Source: a virus. Taken from it: a DNA stretch of 64,000 nt. The stretch spans positions 2,487 through 66,486 of the IMG/VR virus record IMGVR_UViG_3300032316_000223; one strand, 5' to 3'. Numbering within the stretch: position 1 is the stretch's first letter; every line of letters starts with the position of its first letter. Below the pieces are notes generated by a model. It ran no database searches, was not told the DNA's origin, and was given only the letters and a program-made list of their open reading frames with translations. This document shows positions 26,866 to 37,600 of the stretch, piece after piece. A program made the translations under genes and the position numbers.

Positions 26866-27866
26866 TGTCAATAATTCTCCGTCTACCACCATATCCTTTA
26901 ACTGTTAAGTATACAGTTCCAGATGCCAATGCCAAGTATGTCATAGTTATTGAAGATGTTGCAGAGCAATCAGAAGTTGCCGCTTATAGGACATCAAATG
27001 CTAGCAAGCAAGTTAGTTATACCTTAGATGATGATTTTATTAAATACGATAAATCATATGCTTTGACAATCTATGAAGATTTAGAAGAAAGTGGCATGGT
27101 TGTAGCAGATCGTGGAGATATAGTTGTTGAAGATAATCTAGAAGTAAAACGTCCATACGTAGACCCTACACTTTTAGCAGCAGCAAACAATCAAACATCT
27201 GCAACAGAGATTGCTAAATATGTAGAGTATGAAAATTTAGCAAGAACGATCATTGATTCAATAACTGGTGGTTTTTACTATGAGCGTGAATTTGTTGAAA
27301 TTGTTGGGCAAGAGGTAGATTATATTCCGCTTTGGAAAAAAGTACATAAAATATTAAGAGTATACGAAAACACAGAACTAGTTTATGACATATACAATCC
27401 AGACGGCCCAACTGTGGGAGATTACACATACGTAATTACTAAAGATAAAACCGCACTTACAAAAGACCCAACAGCATCAGAGGGTGCAATAAATAGAGCA
27501 GAACAACGACCATCAAGAATTCCAATTGGTACGTCAGATTCTTTTTCACTTTTTGATACAGAAGACAGTGGAAACACTATGACCGTAACCCCTGGGGTAG
27601 CATTCCCAACTGGAATAGATCTTATACTATTGTTAGAAACTGGATACAAAGTAGTACCTATTGATATTCAAGATGCGACAAAACTATTGGTTGAAGATAT
27701 TAGATGTGGTAAATTAGATTATTACAAGAGATATATCAAGAACTACAGCACTGATCAATTTAAAATTGAATACGATAAAAGAATGATTGAGGGTACTGGA
27801 AATATTATTGTAGACAAGATTTTGTCTAAGTATATTAATAATATTGTTCGTCCTGGAGTGTTGTAA
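26865..27866 (+). CDS. head-to-tail adaptor
   Basis: Position; ARTIIDSITG, GY..VP.DIQDA, GTGN.IVD.IL.KY. Confidence 0.65.
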   Translation: MSIILRLPPYPLTVKYTVPDANAKYVIVIEDVAEQSEVAAYRTSNASKQVSYTLDDDFIKYDKSYALTIYEDLEESGMVVADRGDIVVEDNLEVKRPYVDPTLLAAANNQTSATEIAKYVEYENLARTIIDSITGGFYYEREFVEIVGQEVDYIPLWKKVHKILRVYENTELVYDIYNPDGPTVGDYTYVITKDKTALTKDPTASEGAINRAEQRPSRIPIGTSDSFSLFDTEDSGNTMTVTPGVAFPTGIDLILLLETGYKVVPIDIQDATKLLVEDIRCGKLDYYKRYIKNYSTDQFKIEYDKRMIEGTGNIIVDKILSKYINNIVRPGVL

Positions 27867-28315
27867 TGGATTCATGCGAAGTCACAGACTTTATGTTTCC
27901 AATGAAGGCTGATATCTACTTTCCTATTCTTGCACAAGGTGGTTACGGACAACCTACAAAAAACTGGGTATACGATAGAACAATTACTTGTAATGCTACA
28001 TCTGTAGGTGGGCTAGGATCAGAAGATGTAAAGCCAGAAAATTTTTTAAAATATGAAAACAAACTTATTTCAAGAACAAAAGAAGACCCAAGACTTTCTT
28101 CAAACAATGCAAATAACGCAACAACAAACATACTTATAGCAAATATTAGGGATGCATCCGACAATATTATTTACAAAGAAACAGCAGGAGTAAGATCGGG
28201 CAAGGGAACAATTTACGAAGTAGCAACAGTTGAACCGTTTACTGGCCCATTCGGATATACAGAATATTATAAAATGTTATGGCGCAGGGCTGAAAATCAG
28301 ACTGTAGGTGATTAG
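27866..28315 (+). CDS. head-to-tail stopper (putative)
   Basis: Position and size; beta-rich with Q..YG. Confidence 0.55.
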   Translation: MDSCEVTDFMFPMKADIYFPILAQGGYGQPTKNWVYDRTITCNATSVGGLGSEDVKPENFLKYENKLISRTKEDPRLSSNNANNATTNILIANIRDASDNIIYKETAGVRSGKGTIYEVATVEPFTGPFGYTEYYKMLWRRAENQTVGD

Positions 28316-28992
28316 TGATAGCAAGAACAAACACAGCATCTTTCACTAAACAAATGAATAATATAATTAATTATTCTTTTGGGTTTTTAGAAGGTGTTGA
28401 TCGTGGTAAAAAAATATTTTTTGATAAATTAGGTACAGGGGCTATTCAAGCGTTGGCACAATATGTTGATGTGCAGGCCAGAGCAAATCCAAGAGCACTA
28501 CATCACGTTTATGAATGGAATCAAGTTGGCAGTCCAAGTGCAAGACTATTCAATTTATCATACACAGTTAGTAATTTAGGACTTTCTGTTAAGTCTACGT
28601 TTAGACAATCAAGAAGTGTTTCTGAAAATATGACTACGCCGTTTTACAATAAAGCAAAAATTATGGAAGAGGGCATTCCAGTAACAATTAGACCAACAAA
28701 ATCTAAAGTGTTAAAATTTAATGGACCTAATGGAGAAGTATTTACAAGTAGACCAGTCAAAGTTGAAAACCCAGGAGGAGATCTTGTTCTTGGTGGTTTT
28801 GAATCTACATTTGATGAGTTTATGACTAGATATTTTAAACAATCTTTTTTGAGAGCATCTGGAGTTTATGACTATATCAAAAAACCAACACTATATAAGA
28901 AAAACTTTAAGGCTGGTTCAGTTGCGGGTAGAAGTAAAGGAATTGACACAGGATTTAAGTGGATAACTAATGCAACAATTGGGGTAGAATAA
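28315..28992 (+). CDS. neck/tail completion protein (putative)
   Basis: Position; LHHVYEW, FYNKA.IME.G.PVTI.P. Confidence 0.55.
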   Translation: MIARTNTASFTKQMNNIINYSFGFLEGVDRGKKIFFDKLGTGAIQALAQYVDVQARANPRALHHVYEWNQVGSPSARLFNLSYTVSNLGLSVKSTFRQSRSVSENMTTPFYNKAKIMEEGIPVTIRPTKSKVLKFNGPNGEVFTSRPVKVENPGGDLVLGGFESTFDEFMTRYFKQSFLRASGVYDYIKKPTLYKKNFKAGSVAGRSKGIDTGFKWITNATIGVE

Positions 28993-28996
28993 GACT

Positions 28997-29797
28997 ATGG
29001 CTATACTAACTGATACTGGATTTCCACCAACCTTTTTAAACCAATATATTTTGTCTGAGTTAAAACACTATGAACTTATAGCAGCAGCAGAAGAATTAAG
29101 TCCAATGGTTCCAGCACAGTTTCCAACAAACATTGAAGACTTGTATAACGATAGTATTCAAATTAGACAAACAGAAAGTCCCCTTTTAATTGTTTACGAT
29201 AGACTAATGAGATTTAGGCCTACTCCGTTTTATTTACAAAAAAGAGAGCAACTGATATATTTTATTTATTCTACAGACGTTAGTAAGTTGATAGACTGTG
29301 TTCGTGTTATATCTAGTGCCCTTGATCGTGAAGATTCTTCAGCAGAAGACATAAACTCTTACAATTTTCTTAATCCAACCCTAAGCACTCCACCAGTAAC
29401 AATATCTACTAAAGCCATATCAAACAAAGCACTTACAAGCAAATTTGCCACAGTAACAACATCTACTACCCATGGCTTTGTAGCAGGGGACGCTGTGACA
29501 ATCACAGGGGTAGACAATACATTTAATGGTACCTATTTTATTAAAAGCGTTCCATCAGCGACAACATTTAAATTTTACAAAAATGCAGCAAATATTGGCT
29601 CTATTGCAGCATCTGGATCTGTTTCAAAACAAGCCTATACCCCATTTAATATTTTGTTCCACAGTACGAGGGTATACCAGGCAGACGAAAGCAGAGACGT
29701 AGCAGAACTGGCCTCAGCAAGAACCCTCTTTGTAAACAAACTAATTGTTGAATATGACTATCATATTGCGGTTGACTCTGATTCTAGGTATACATAA
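28997..29797 (+). CDS. tail terminator (putative) with inserted beta-domain
   Basis: Position before major tail protein; insertion ATVTT...HGFVAGD.VTITG...FNGTY.I.SVPS.TTF. Confidence 0.55.
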   Translation: MAILTDTGFPPTFLNQYILSELKHYELIAAAEELSPMVPAQFPTNIEDLYNDSIQIRQTESPLLIVYDRLMRFRPTPFYLQKREQLIYFIYSTDVSKLIDCVRVISSALDREDSSAEDINSYNFLNPTLSTPPVTISTKAISNKALTSKFATVTTSTTHGFVAGDAVTITGVDNTFNGTYFIKSVPSATTFKFYKNAANIGSIAASGSVSKQAYTPFNILFHSTRVYQADESRDVAELASARTLFVNKLIVEYDYHIAVDSDSRYT

Positions 29798-29871
29798 AAA
29801 GAGGTATAATTGGCTTTAGAGGAAACACGCCAAACAACTTAATAAATACTTTATGAAAGAGGTGAAATAAT

Positions 29872-30513
29872 ATGCCATATAGCCGTGGTACGTCAAACAA
29901 CGTTATTGTGGGTGCAGCAGCATTCTTCATTAACGATGATACGTTAAACCCATCAACTTTAGCATCTAGAGCAGTAATTGATTCAAGCGAGTCTTACAAG
30001 ACTACACTTTCAAATGCCGCTACTTACACTAACGTTGGTTACACAATGAACGGTCTTGAATTACAGTTCCAACCAGACTTCGGTGAAGTTCAGGTAGATC
30101 AAATTCTTGACGTTGCAAGACTATACAAGCAAGGTATGCAAGTAAATCTTGCTACCGCTTTTGCTGAAGCAACTTTAGAAAACTTGCTTGTAGCATTAGC
30201 ATACTCTGATGCTAGACTTACAGGAAATAAAAATGCATCTACAGGTCAGACATTGAACCTGAGTGCAGGAGACATTGGAGATGTTCCAGTAGAACGAGGA
30301 ATCGTTGCTGTTGGTCCAGGATCTGGTGACCCAGCAACATTTGAGGATAAAGAACGCATCTATGCAGCATATCGTGCTCTTTCAATTGAGAACGTAACTG
30401 TATCAGCAAAGCGTGACGAGCCTTCAATGTTTGAGGTTTCATTCCGTCTTCTTCCTGAAGATACTTCAGGTTCATACGGTAAGATCATTGATCGTACCTT
30501 TGGACAATCATAA
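29872..30513 (+). CDS. major tail (tube) protein
   Basis: VGYT.NGLEL..QPDFGEV.VDQ.LD, AEATLENL, F.V.FRLLP; followed by terminator. Confidence 0.85.
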   Translation: MPYSRGTSNNVIVGAAAFFINDDTLNPSTLASRAVIDSSESYKTTLSNAATYTNVGYTMNGLELQFQPDFGEVQVDQILDVARLYKQGMQVNLATAFAEATLENLLVALAYSDARLTGNKNASTGQTLNLSAGDIGDVPVERGIVAVGPGSGDPATFEDKERIYAAYRALSIENVTVSAKRDEPSMFEVSFRLLPEDTSGSYGKIIDRTFGQS

Positions 30514-30533
30514 TCTAAATTTAGATTAACTCA

Positions 30534-30567
30534 AGACCCACCTTTAATTAGGTGGGTTTTTTGTTTT
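30534..30567 (+). terminator. terminator after major tail gene
   Basis: AGACCCACCT-ttaatt-AGGTGGGTTT plus T tract. Confidence 0.8.
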
Positions 30568-30590
30568 GCCTGTGATAGAATAGAAAGATT

Positions 30591-31286
30591 ATGGCAACAA
30601 CCGTTTATAAAAATAAGATAATTAAACTCGTTGATGGTACAGAACTAGAGATCGTTCCATTAAAAATAAAATATTTACGTGAGTTTATGGAGGCATTTGA
30701 GTACGTTAAAACTGCCAAAAATGATGATGAAGCCATAGATTTTTTAGTTGAGTGTGTAAGAATTACAATGAAACAATATTATCCAGATATAAAATTAACA
30801 AAATCTGATGTAGAAGATAGCCTAGATATGCCAACTATATACACAGTATTAGATATTTCTGCGGGTATAAAAATTAATCAAAAATCTGAAGAAACAGTAA
30901 AGGACCAAGCAACAGACAGTGGATCAAGTTGGTCAGATTTAGACCTTGCCAAGATTGAGTCTGAGGTATTTTTATTGGGTATATGGAAAGATTATCGTGA
31001 ACTAGAAGAATCCTTATCTATGCCAGAATTAATTGCAACTCTTTCAAGTCGTAGAGAACTTGATTATCAAGAAAAAAAATTCTTGGCTGCAATTCAGGGA
31101 GTAGATTTAGATGCTCAGTCTGGAGAATCAAAAGGGCAAAAAGAATGGGAAGATATGAAGGCTAGAGTATTTAGTCAAGGCAAAGCAAAAGACGGTAATG
31201 ACATTTTGGCTCTTCAAGGACAAAATGCCAGAAGTGCAGGGTTTGGCATTGGCTATGGTCTAGATTACGAAGATTTAACAAAATAA
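30591..31286 (+). CDS. tail assembly chaperone, long in-frame G-T fusion form
   Basis: N-half paralogous to 31345 ORF; C-half W..LDLA..E.EVFLLG.WK....LEESLS.PEL. Confidence 0.7.
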   Translation: MATTVYKNKIIKLVDGTELEIVPLKIKYLREFMEAFEYVKTAKNDDEAIDFLVECVRITMKQYYPDIKLTKSDVEDSLDMPTIYTVLDISAGIKINQKSEETVKDQATDSGSSWSDLDLAKIESEVFLLGIWKDYRELEESLSMPELIATLSSRRELDYQEKKFLAAIQGVDLDAQSGESKGQKEWEDMKARVFSQGKAKDGNDILALQGQNARSAGFGIGYGLDYEDLTK

Positions 31287-31311
31287 AATAATAAAAAAAT
31301 AAGGGCTAGCA

Positions 31312-31320
31312 TGCTATAAT
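31312..31320 (+). promoter_or_regulatory. extended -10 promoter for short chaperone/tape measure
   Basis: TGCTATAAT followed by leader with AGGAGG. Confidence 0.7.
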
Positions 31321-31344
31321 TAACATAACCTATAGGAGGAAATA

Positions 31345-31674
31345 ATGACAACAACTACGTATGAGGAAAACACTCTTACATTGATTGATGGCACAAAGGT
31401 TACAGTACGTCCTCTAAAAATCTCTCTACTTCGTCCATTTATGAAGAAGTTTGAGGGTGTGGGAGCAGTGGCGGAAGATAACGGCAAGTCTATGGACATT
31501 CTTATGGAGTGTGTGCAGATTGCAATGAAACAGTACAAGCCAGAACTCTCAGAAGACGTAAAAAAACTAGAGGAGAATATTGATCTCCCAACTGTTTACA
31601 AGATCGTAGAAGCAGCATCAGGTATTAAACTTGCTGAAGTTTCAGACGTTCTTGGCGTAACTATGGCTGAATAA
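31345..31674 (+). CDS. tail assembly chaperone, short G form
   Basis: L.DGT....PLKI..LR.FM..FE...ECV.I.MKQY.P...E...D.PT.Y......GIK shared with the previous gene; own promoter and AGGAGG SD. Confidence 0.75.
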   Translation: MTTTTYEENTLTLIDGTKVTVRPLKISLLRPFMKKFEGVGAVAEDNGKSMDILMECVQIAMKQYKPELSEDVKKLEENIDLPTVYKIVEAASGIKLAEVSDVLGVTMAE

Positions 31675-31695
31675 TTAAAAGAGGTGTGAAACTAA

Positions 31696-34600
31696 ATGGC
31701 TGATGTTAATGCTAATATTGACATTAATATTGATTCGTCTAATGCATTATCACAGTTAAAAGCATTACAACGTCAGATATCTCAGTTTCACACCTCAATA
31801 GCCAAATCAAGTGAGGCAGCAGCCCTTGCTCAAAAGGGTCTACAAAAAAATCTTTTAAATAGCATTAACTCTATTGGTGCGTTTAGCGCCGAAATGCGAA
31901 CAGTTAAAACATCTGCAGAATCTTTCACTGATTCATTAGAAAAAAATAAATTTTCAATGCGGGAATACTTCCGCTATGCAGGAGCATCTACAAAAACATT
32001 TGGCAAACTTTTTAAATCAGAGTTTGAAACAATTGGCAGGGTAGCAGAAGAAAGAGTTAAGAGACTTCAAACCCAGTATATTAAAATGGGTCGTGATACC
32101 AACGGTGCAATGAAGGCAATGGCTATCATGCCTACACAGTTGGATATGGGTGATTACAATACCAAGATTCAAGTAGCAGCACAGAAACAAGCACTATTTA
32201 ATCAATTAATGAAACAAGGCTCTACCAATCTATTAAACTTTGGTAAGAATACACAATGGGCTGGTCGTCAGTTAATGGTTGGCTTTACCCTACCATTAAT
32301 GCTTGTAGGCTCAGCAGCAACAAAAACCTTTATGGAAATGGAAGCCCAAGCGCTTAGATTTAGAAAGGTTTATGGAGATTTATTTACACCACAATCTGAA
32401 ACTAAAGAAGCACTAGCAAACATTACAGAACTAGGAAAACAGTTTACAAAGTATGGCGTTTCTGTTTCTCAAACAGTTGGTTTGGCAGCAGAGGCTGCAG
32501 CAGCAGGTTTTCAAGGTTTAGATTTACAACGTCAAACAGCACAAGCCACACGCCTTTCTATTCTTGGTCAAGTTGAAAGTCAAAAGGCTCTTGAAACAAC
32601 TATATCATTGCAAAATGCTTTTGGTATGTCATCCGACAAACTTGCAGAATCAATTGATTTTCTTAACGCAGTAGAAAACCAAACAGTCGTATCCCTTGAC
32701 GATATTACTACAGCAATTCCAAAGGTAGCACCAGTTATTCAGCAACTAGGTGGAGATGTAAAAGATTTAACATTCTTCATGGCTGCTATGAAAGAAGGCG
32801 GAATTAATGCATCAGAAGGTGCAAACGCACTTAAGTCTGGTCTTGCAGCATTGATTAATCCAACTAAAAAAGCATCTGACATGCTTGCAGGGTTTGGAAT
32901 TAATGCAACTGCAATTGTTGAAAAAAATAAAGGTAACTTAAAAGCAACAGTTGTAGAATTTGCTAGCGCTTTAAATGCTTTAGATCCACTTGCTAGAGCA
33001 AGAGCAATTGAGCAAATGTTTGGTAAATTCCAATTTGCTCGTCTATCAACGTTATTTGCTAACGTAGCAAAAGATGGTAATCAGGCTGCTCGTGTTCTTG
33101 CTTTAGCAAATTCATCAGTAGAAGAATTGTCAGCCCTGTCTGAACAAGAATTAGGAATGACTGCAGACTCTGCAATGAATAAATTTAAAAAGAGTGTTGA
33201 AGATCTTAAGTTTGCCCTTGTTCCAGTGGGAGAGGCTTTCTTGGAGGCACTTACACCAGTTATTGAATTTGTTGGTGGAATTCTTGAAAAGTTTTCCAAC
33301 CTTTCAGACGGAACTAAAAAATTAATTACATTATTAACAGTAGGGATTGGTGCAGTAGGACCTGTACTACTTATGACATTTGGTTTGCTTGCAAATGGTG
33401 TCGCAAATATAATTAAACTATTCTTAACATTACGTGGAGGGTATCAAAGATTAACTGGTCAATCACAAATGCTGGGAGAACAAACCCAGTATATGACCAT
33501 GGAGCAGTTAGATGCAGCAGCAGCAGCACACTCACTTAATCAAACACACGCAAACTTAACACAAACATTTACTGCTGAAGTAGCCCAAATAAATAAACTT
33601 ATAGCAGCATATACATCAGCAGCAGGAGCAGCAAGAAACTTTGCAATGAATAATCCTGGAATGATGATGCCAGGAAGAGGTGCTAGAAGGTTTGCAGATG
33701 GTATTTTAAGTGTTCCAGGACCAAAGGGAGCAGGCGATGTAGTTCCAGCAATGCTATCTCCAGGAGAAGCAGTTATCCCAACAGATATGGCAAAGAAGTA
33801 TGCGCCATTAATTAATGGAATGATTGCAGACAACATACCTGGATATAAATTTGGTAAAGGTTTTAAGAATGCAACAATGTTTTTACCAGAATCAATTAAT
33901 ACACTTATGGGGCAGTTAACTGGAAGAGGCGCTGCAACTGGAGATGTTACTAAATATTTAGATCAAGCAGGCGGAGCGTCAATGGCTCCACTAGTTGCTG
34001 TAATTGCAAGAGAAATTAAAGTTGGTCTTAATAACCCTAAATTTAAACAAGAATGGTCTGCCATAGCAGATCTTTTTGCACAAACAGCAACAGATGCATT
34101 AAATCAATCTGGAAGAGAATTTATTAAAGATGCAGATCTTGAAGAAATAGTTGTACCAGCACTTCGTGAAGCAGCAAAAGGAATACAAATTGCTGGAAAA
34201 GATATTGATGTTGCACTTGAAAATGCTATTAGTCAAATTAGAACAGTTGGTCCAGTAGGCGTAGGGTCTGGATCTTCAGGTGGAATTGGAAGAACAACCT
34301 TTGCAGGATCATACAGAGGAGCAAGAACTGCAGCACAAAAGTTTGCTGCAGAAGAAAATCCAGCAGCATTTAGACAAACAGAGCGACTATCTCAAAGTAG
34401 AGGAAAAACTGTTAGGTCATTCCAAACATTAAATCCAATGTTAGATAAATGGGAAGTTGCAACAATGTCCCATATTACAACATCAGTTACTGCAAGTGCA
34501 GAAGAATTAACAAAACAGATGACTCCATATCTTGGAGATGTTGGAGAAAAAATAACCAAGGCAATTACAAAAGATATTGCAAAAGGAGCAATTCAAGAAG

Positions 34601-37600
34601 CAAGAGTGGTGCGACAGCCTTTTGCAAACTCACCACAATTTGAGCCAAAAATGGACCTTAGTAGAGGTGGATCATATAGAGGAACAATTAGTGATTTTGT
34701 AACTCAACAAACCATAAGAAAAAATGAAGAACACGCAAAACGTTTAGCAGATGCAGCAATTGCATCAACAGCAAAAGCAGCGGGAACTCAGTCACCATCT
34801 AGAAAAACCATTCCAATTGGCGAAGATATTGCTCGTGGCCTTGAAGTTGGAATGGAAAATAGACAAGATGATGTCGCATTAGCAGGTTCTCAATTAGGTC
34901 AGGCTGCTACAGGTGGGGCTGGCAGGGGATCCAGAAGAGTCGCATCTAGACCACAAGGTGCTCCAGGATCTGTAGCAGGTAATGCACCTAGAGTAGGAGT
35001 TCCACTTTCCACTTTAAATGCAGCATACGAAGAAAATGCAATGAGAGATGCATTAAGAAAACAACAGCAAAAGATAGCAATTACTAATCAAAGAATGAAC
35101 TCATTAAACAAAGCGTTTATGAGTGGTACCTTTGCCCTATCTGCGTTGTCAGGTGTTGCCTCTATGGCTGGTGGAAATCTAGGAAAATTCTCAGAAATAT
35201 TATTTCAAATAACTGGGCCATTGTTTGCTTTATCTTCTGTCATTCAACTGCTAACTGGAAATAAAATAATTTCACTTATTTCAAAATTTAAAGTTGGCTT
35301 TGGACTTGCAGGTATTGGTTTGATGGTAGGTGTTGGAATTATAAAACTTGCCAATGATGCAAGAAAGAAAGAATTAGAATATATCTACGGTCTTTCAAAT
35401 GCAATGAAAACTACTACAGAGCAAGTTAAAACATTGGGTGATTTCTTTGGAGTAGTTCCTACAAAACTTCCATTTGAAAATAGAAATAGAGAAATTGTTT
35501 CAAAAGATACAAGAACTGCAAGAGACAGACTAAGAGCAGACGAATCATTTAAAAAGCAATTTGCTCCTACTATTAAGACATTATCTAAGTCTACTGCACA
35601 AGAAGCACAATTAGCCTTTACAACTTTGGCTCTTAATCTTAAGGCACAAGGTTTTGCCAATGAGCAGGTTCAAACAATTGTTGACGCTCTTCGTGAAGAA
35701 GCAGGTAAGACAGAAGTTAAGTTAGATGTTAAATCACTTAATTTTTCAACAGAATCAATCAAAGAATTGCAAGATCAAATTAAACCACTACTTGAAAATT
35801 TAGGAAAACAATTAAATAGTGGTGGTATGCAAACAAAATTTATACGTGGATACGGAACGGCTGCCAGTGAGACATATATAGAATTTACAAAAGATGCAAA
35901 AAAAGCCTTATCTGAACTTAGCACTTTTATTTCAGAAACATCAAACTCTGCTGCTGGAATGTTTAGACTTGGACTTATTAGTGGAGAACAGTTTGAATCA
36001 ACTTTGCTGTCTACCCTTAATACAATGAATGGCCTTGATGAAACATCAAGAAGAGTTGCCTTATTGGAAGTATTTAAAAAACTTGATCTTGACGCAAAAC
36101 CATTTTTATCAACACTGTATACAGTAAAACAACAAATGATGCTGATTGCCCTACTAAGTTCTGGAGTTCTTAGTAAAGACAGCCCAATATTAAAAGCCCT
36201 TTCTTCTTCAGATGGAAAAACAAAAATGAGAGGAATTAATCGTTTAAGAGTAGCGTACGAGAATCTTTTTGGAGCAATAAATAAAGTAAATGAAGAAGAT
36301 GCAAAAGGTGGCGGTGGCGGTGGTGGTGGTAAAGGCAAACCAAATGCACTTCAAGAAAGAATTAAAGCCCTTCAAAATCAAACCAAGGCCTATATCATAC
36401 TGCGTAATGCAAAAATTGATGAAGCAACTGCAACAGAACTATCAAATGACGCAGAAATAGCATCTTTGGTTATTGCAAATAACAAGGGTGCATCATTAGA
36501 AAAAATTATTAAATTAATTAAAGAATACAAAGCAGCAATAAAAGGACAAGCAGATGCTGAATTAAAATATATGGAAAAGCCAAACTTGTTTAAAAAACAG
36601 TTAGAGCGATATCAGGCACAAGCAGATCTTAGAGATAAAATAATTGACATTCAGTTTGCACCTAAGATAAAAGCAGAAAATGATGCTTTAAAAACTCAAG
36701 AACAAAATTTACAAAAAGTTAATGATGAAATTCAAAAAATTACAGATTCTCAAATTAAACCAATACAAGATATAATTGATGCAAATAATTTTACTCTTGA
36801 ATCAATATCTTTACAAGAAGATGCAATTAATGAAAAATATAATACACAGATAGAGGCTTTAGATAAAATTGCAACCATTAATCAGGATATTGCAAATATT
36901 CAAAAACAAAGACTTTCTATTGCTGATGCACTTACTCGTGGAGATATATCTGCTGCTGCACAACTTGTTCAAGAGGCAAGAGCAGAAAATGCATCCTCTG
37001 CCGTAACTGGACAAAAAGAGGCTTTGACAAATACTCGTGATGCTCAAATTAAAGCACTTGGAAGAGTTGCAATTGAAAAACAAAACAAAGAACTTCAATT
37101 ACAGATTAATACAATTGAAAGAGGATCTCTGTTAACTCTGCAACAAAAGAAAGATACAATTGAAAATACAATTGATTCAATTAATAGAAATATTCAAGCA
37201 TTAAATTCTGAAGTTGATAGCCTAAAAAGTTCTGCTTTCTATGCTGGAAAAACCAGAGAAGAGATTGATAGTCTTGCTGGACTTATTGAAGCAGCAGAAA
37301 AAGCAGGCATTCCGTTTAATGAATCACTTTTAACTCAAGCAGGATCTGCAGCAGCGCTTGCTAAAGCATTAGGTGATGCGGTAACAAATCAAAAAAATCT
37401 AGCAAGTCTTTCAGGGTTATCAGGAGGATCAGGCACAGGCACAGGTACGGGCACAGGCACAGGTACAGGTGGGTCATCAACTTATGTAGGCGGTACTAAA
37501 GTAGATATACCTTCAACAGGTTCAACCGTAACAGTTAAATCTGGCAACACCCTAAGTGGTATTGCAGCAAAAGCAGGAGTAAAACTTGCAGATGTAATAA

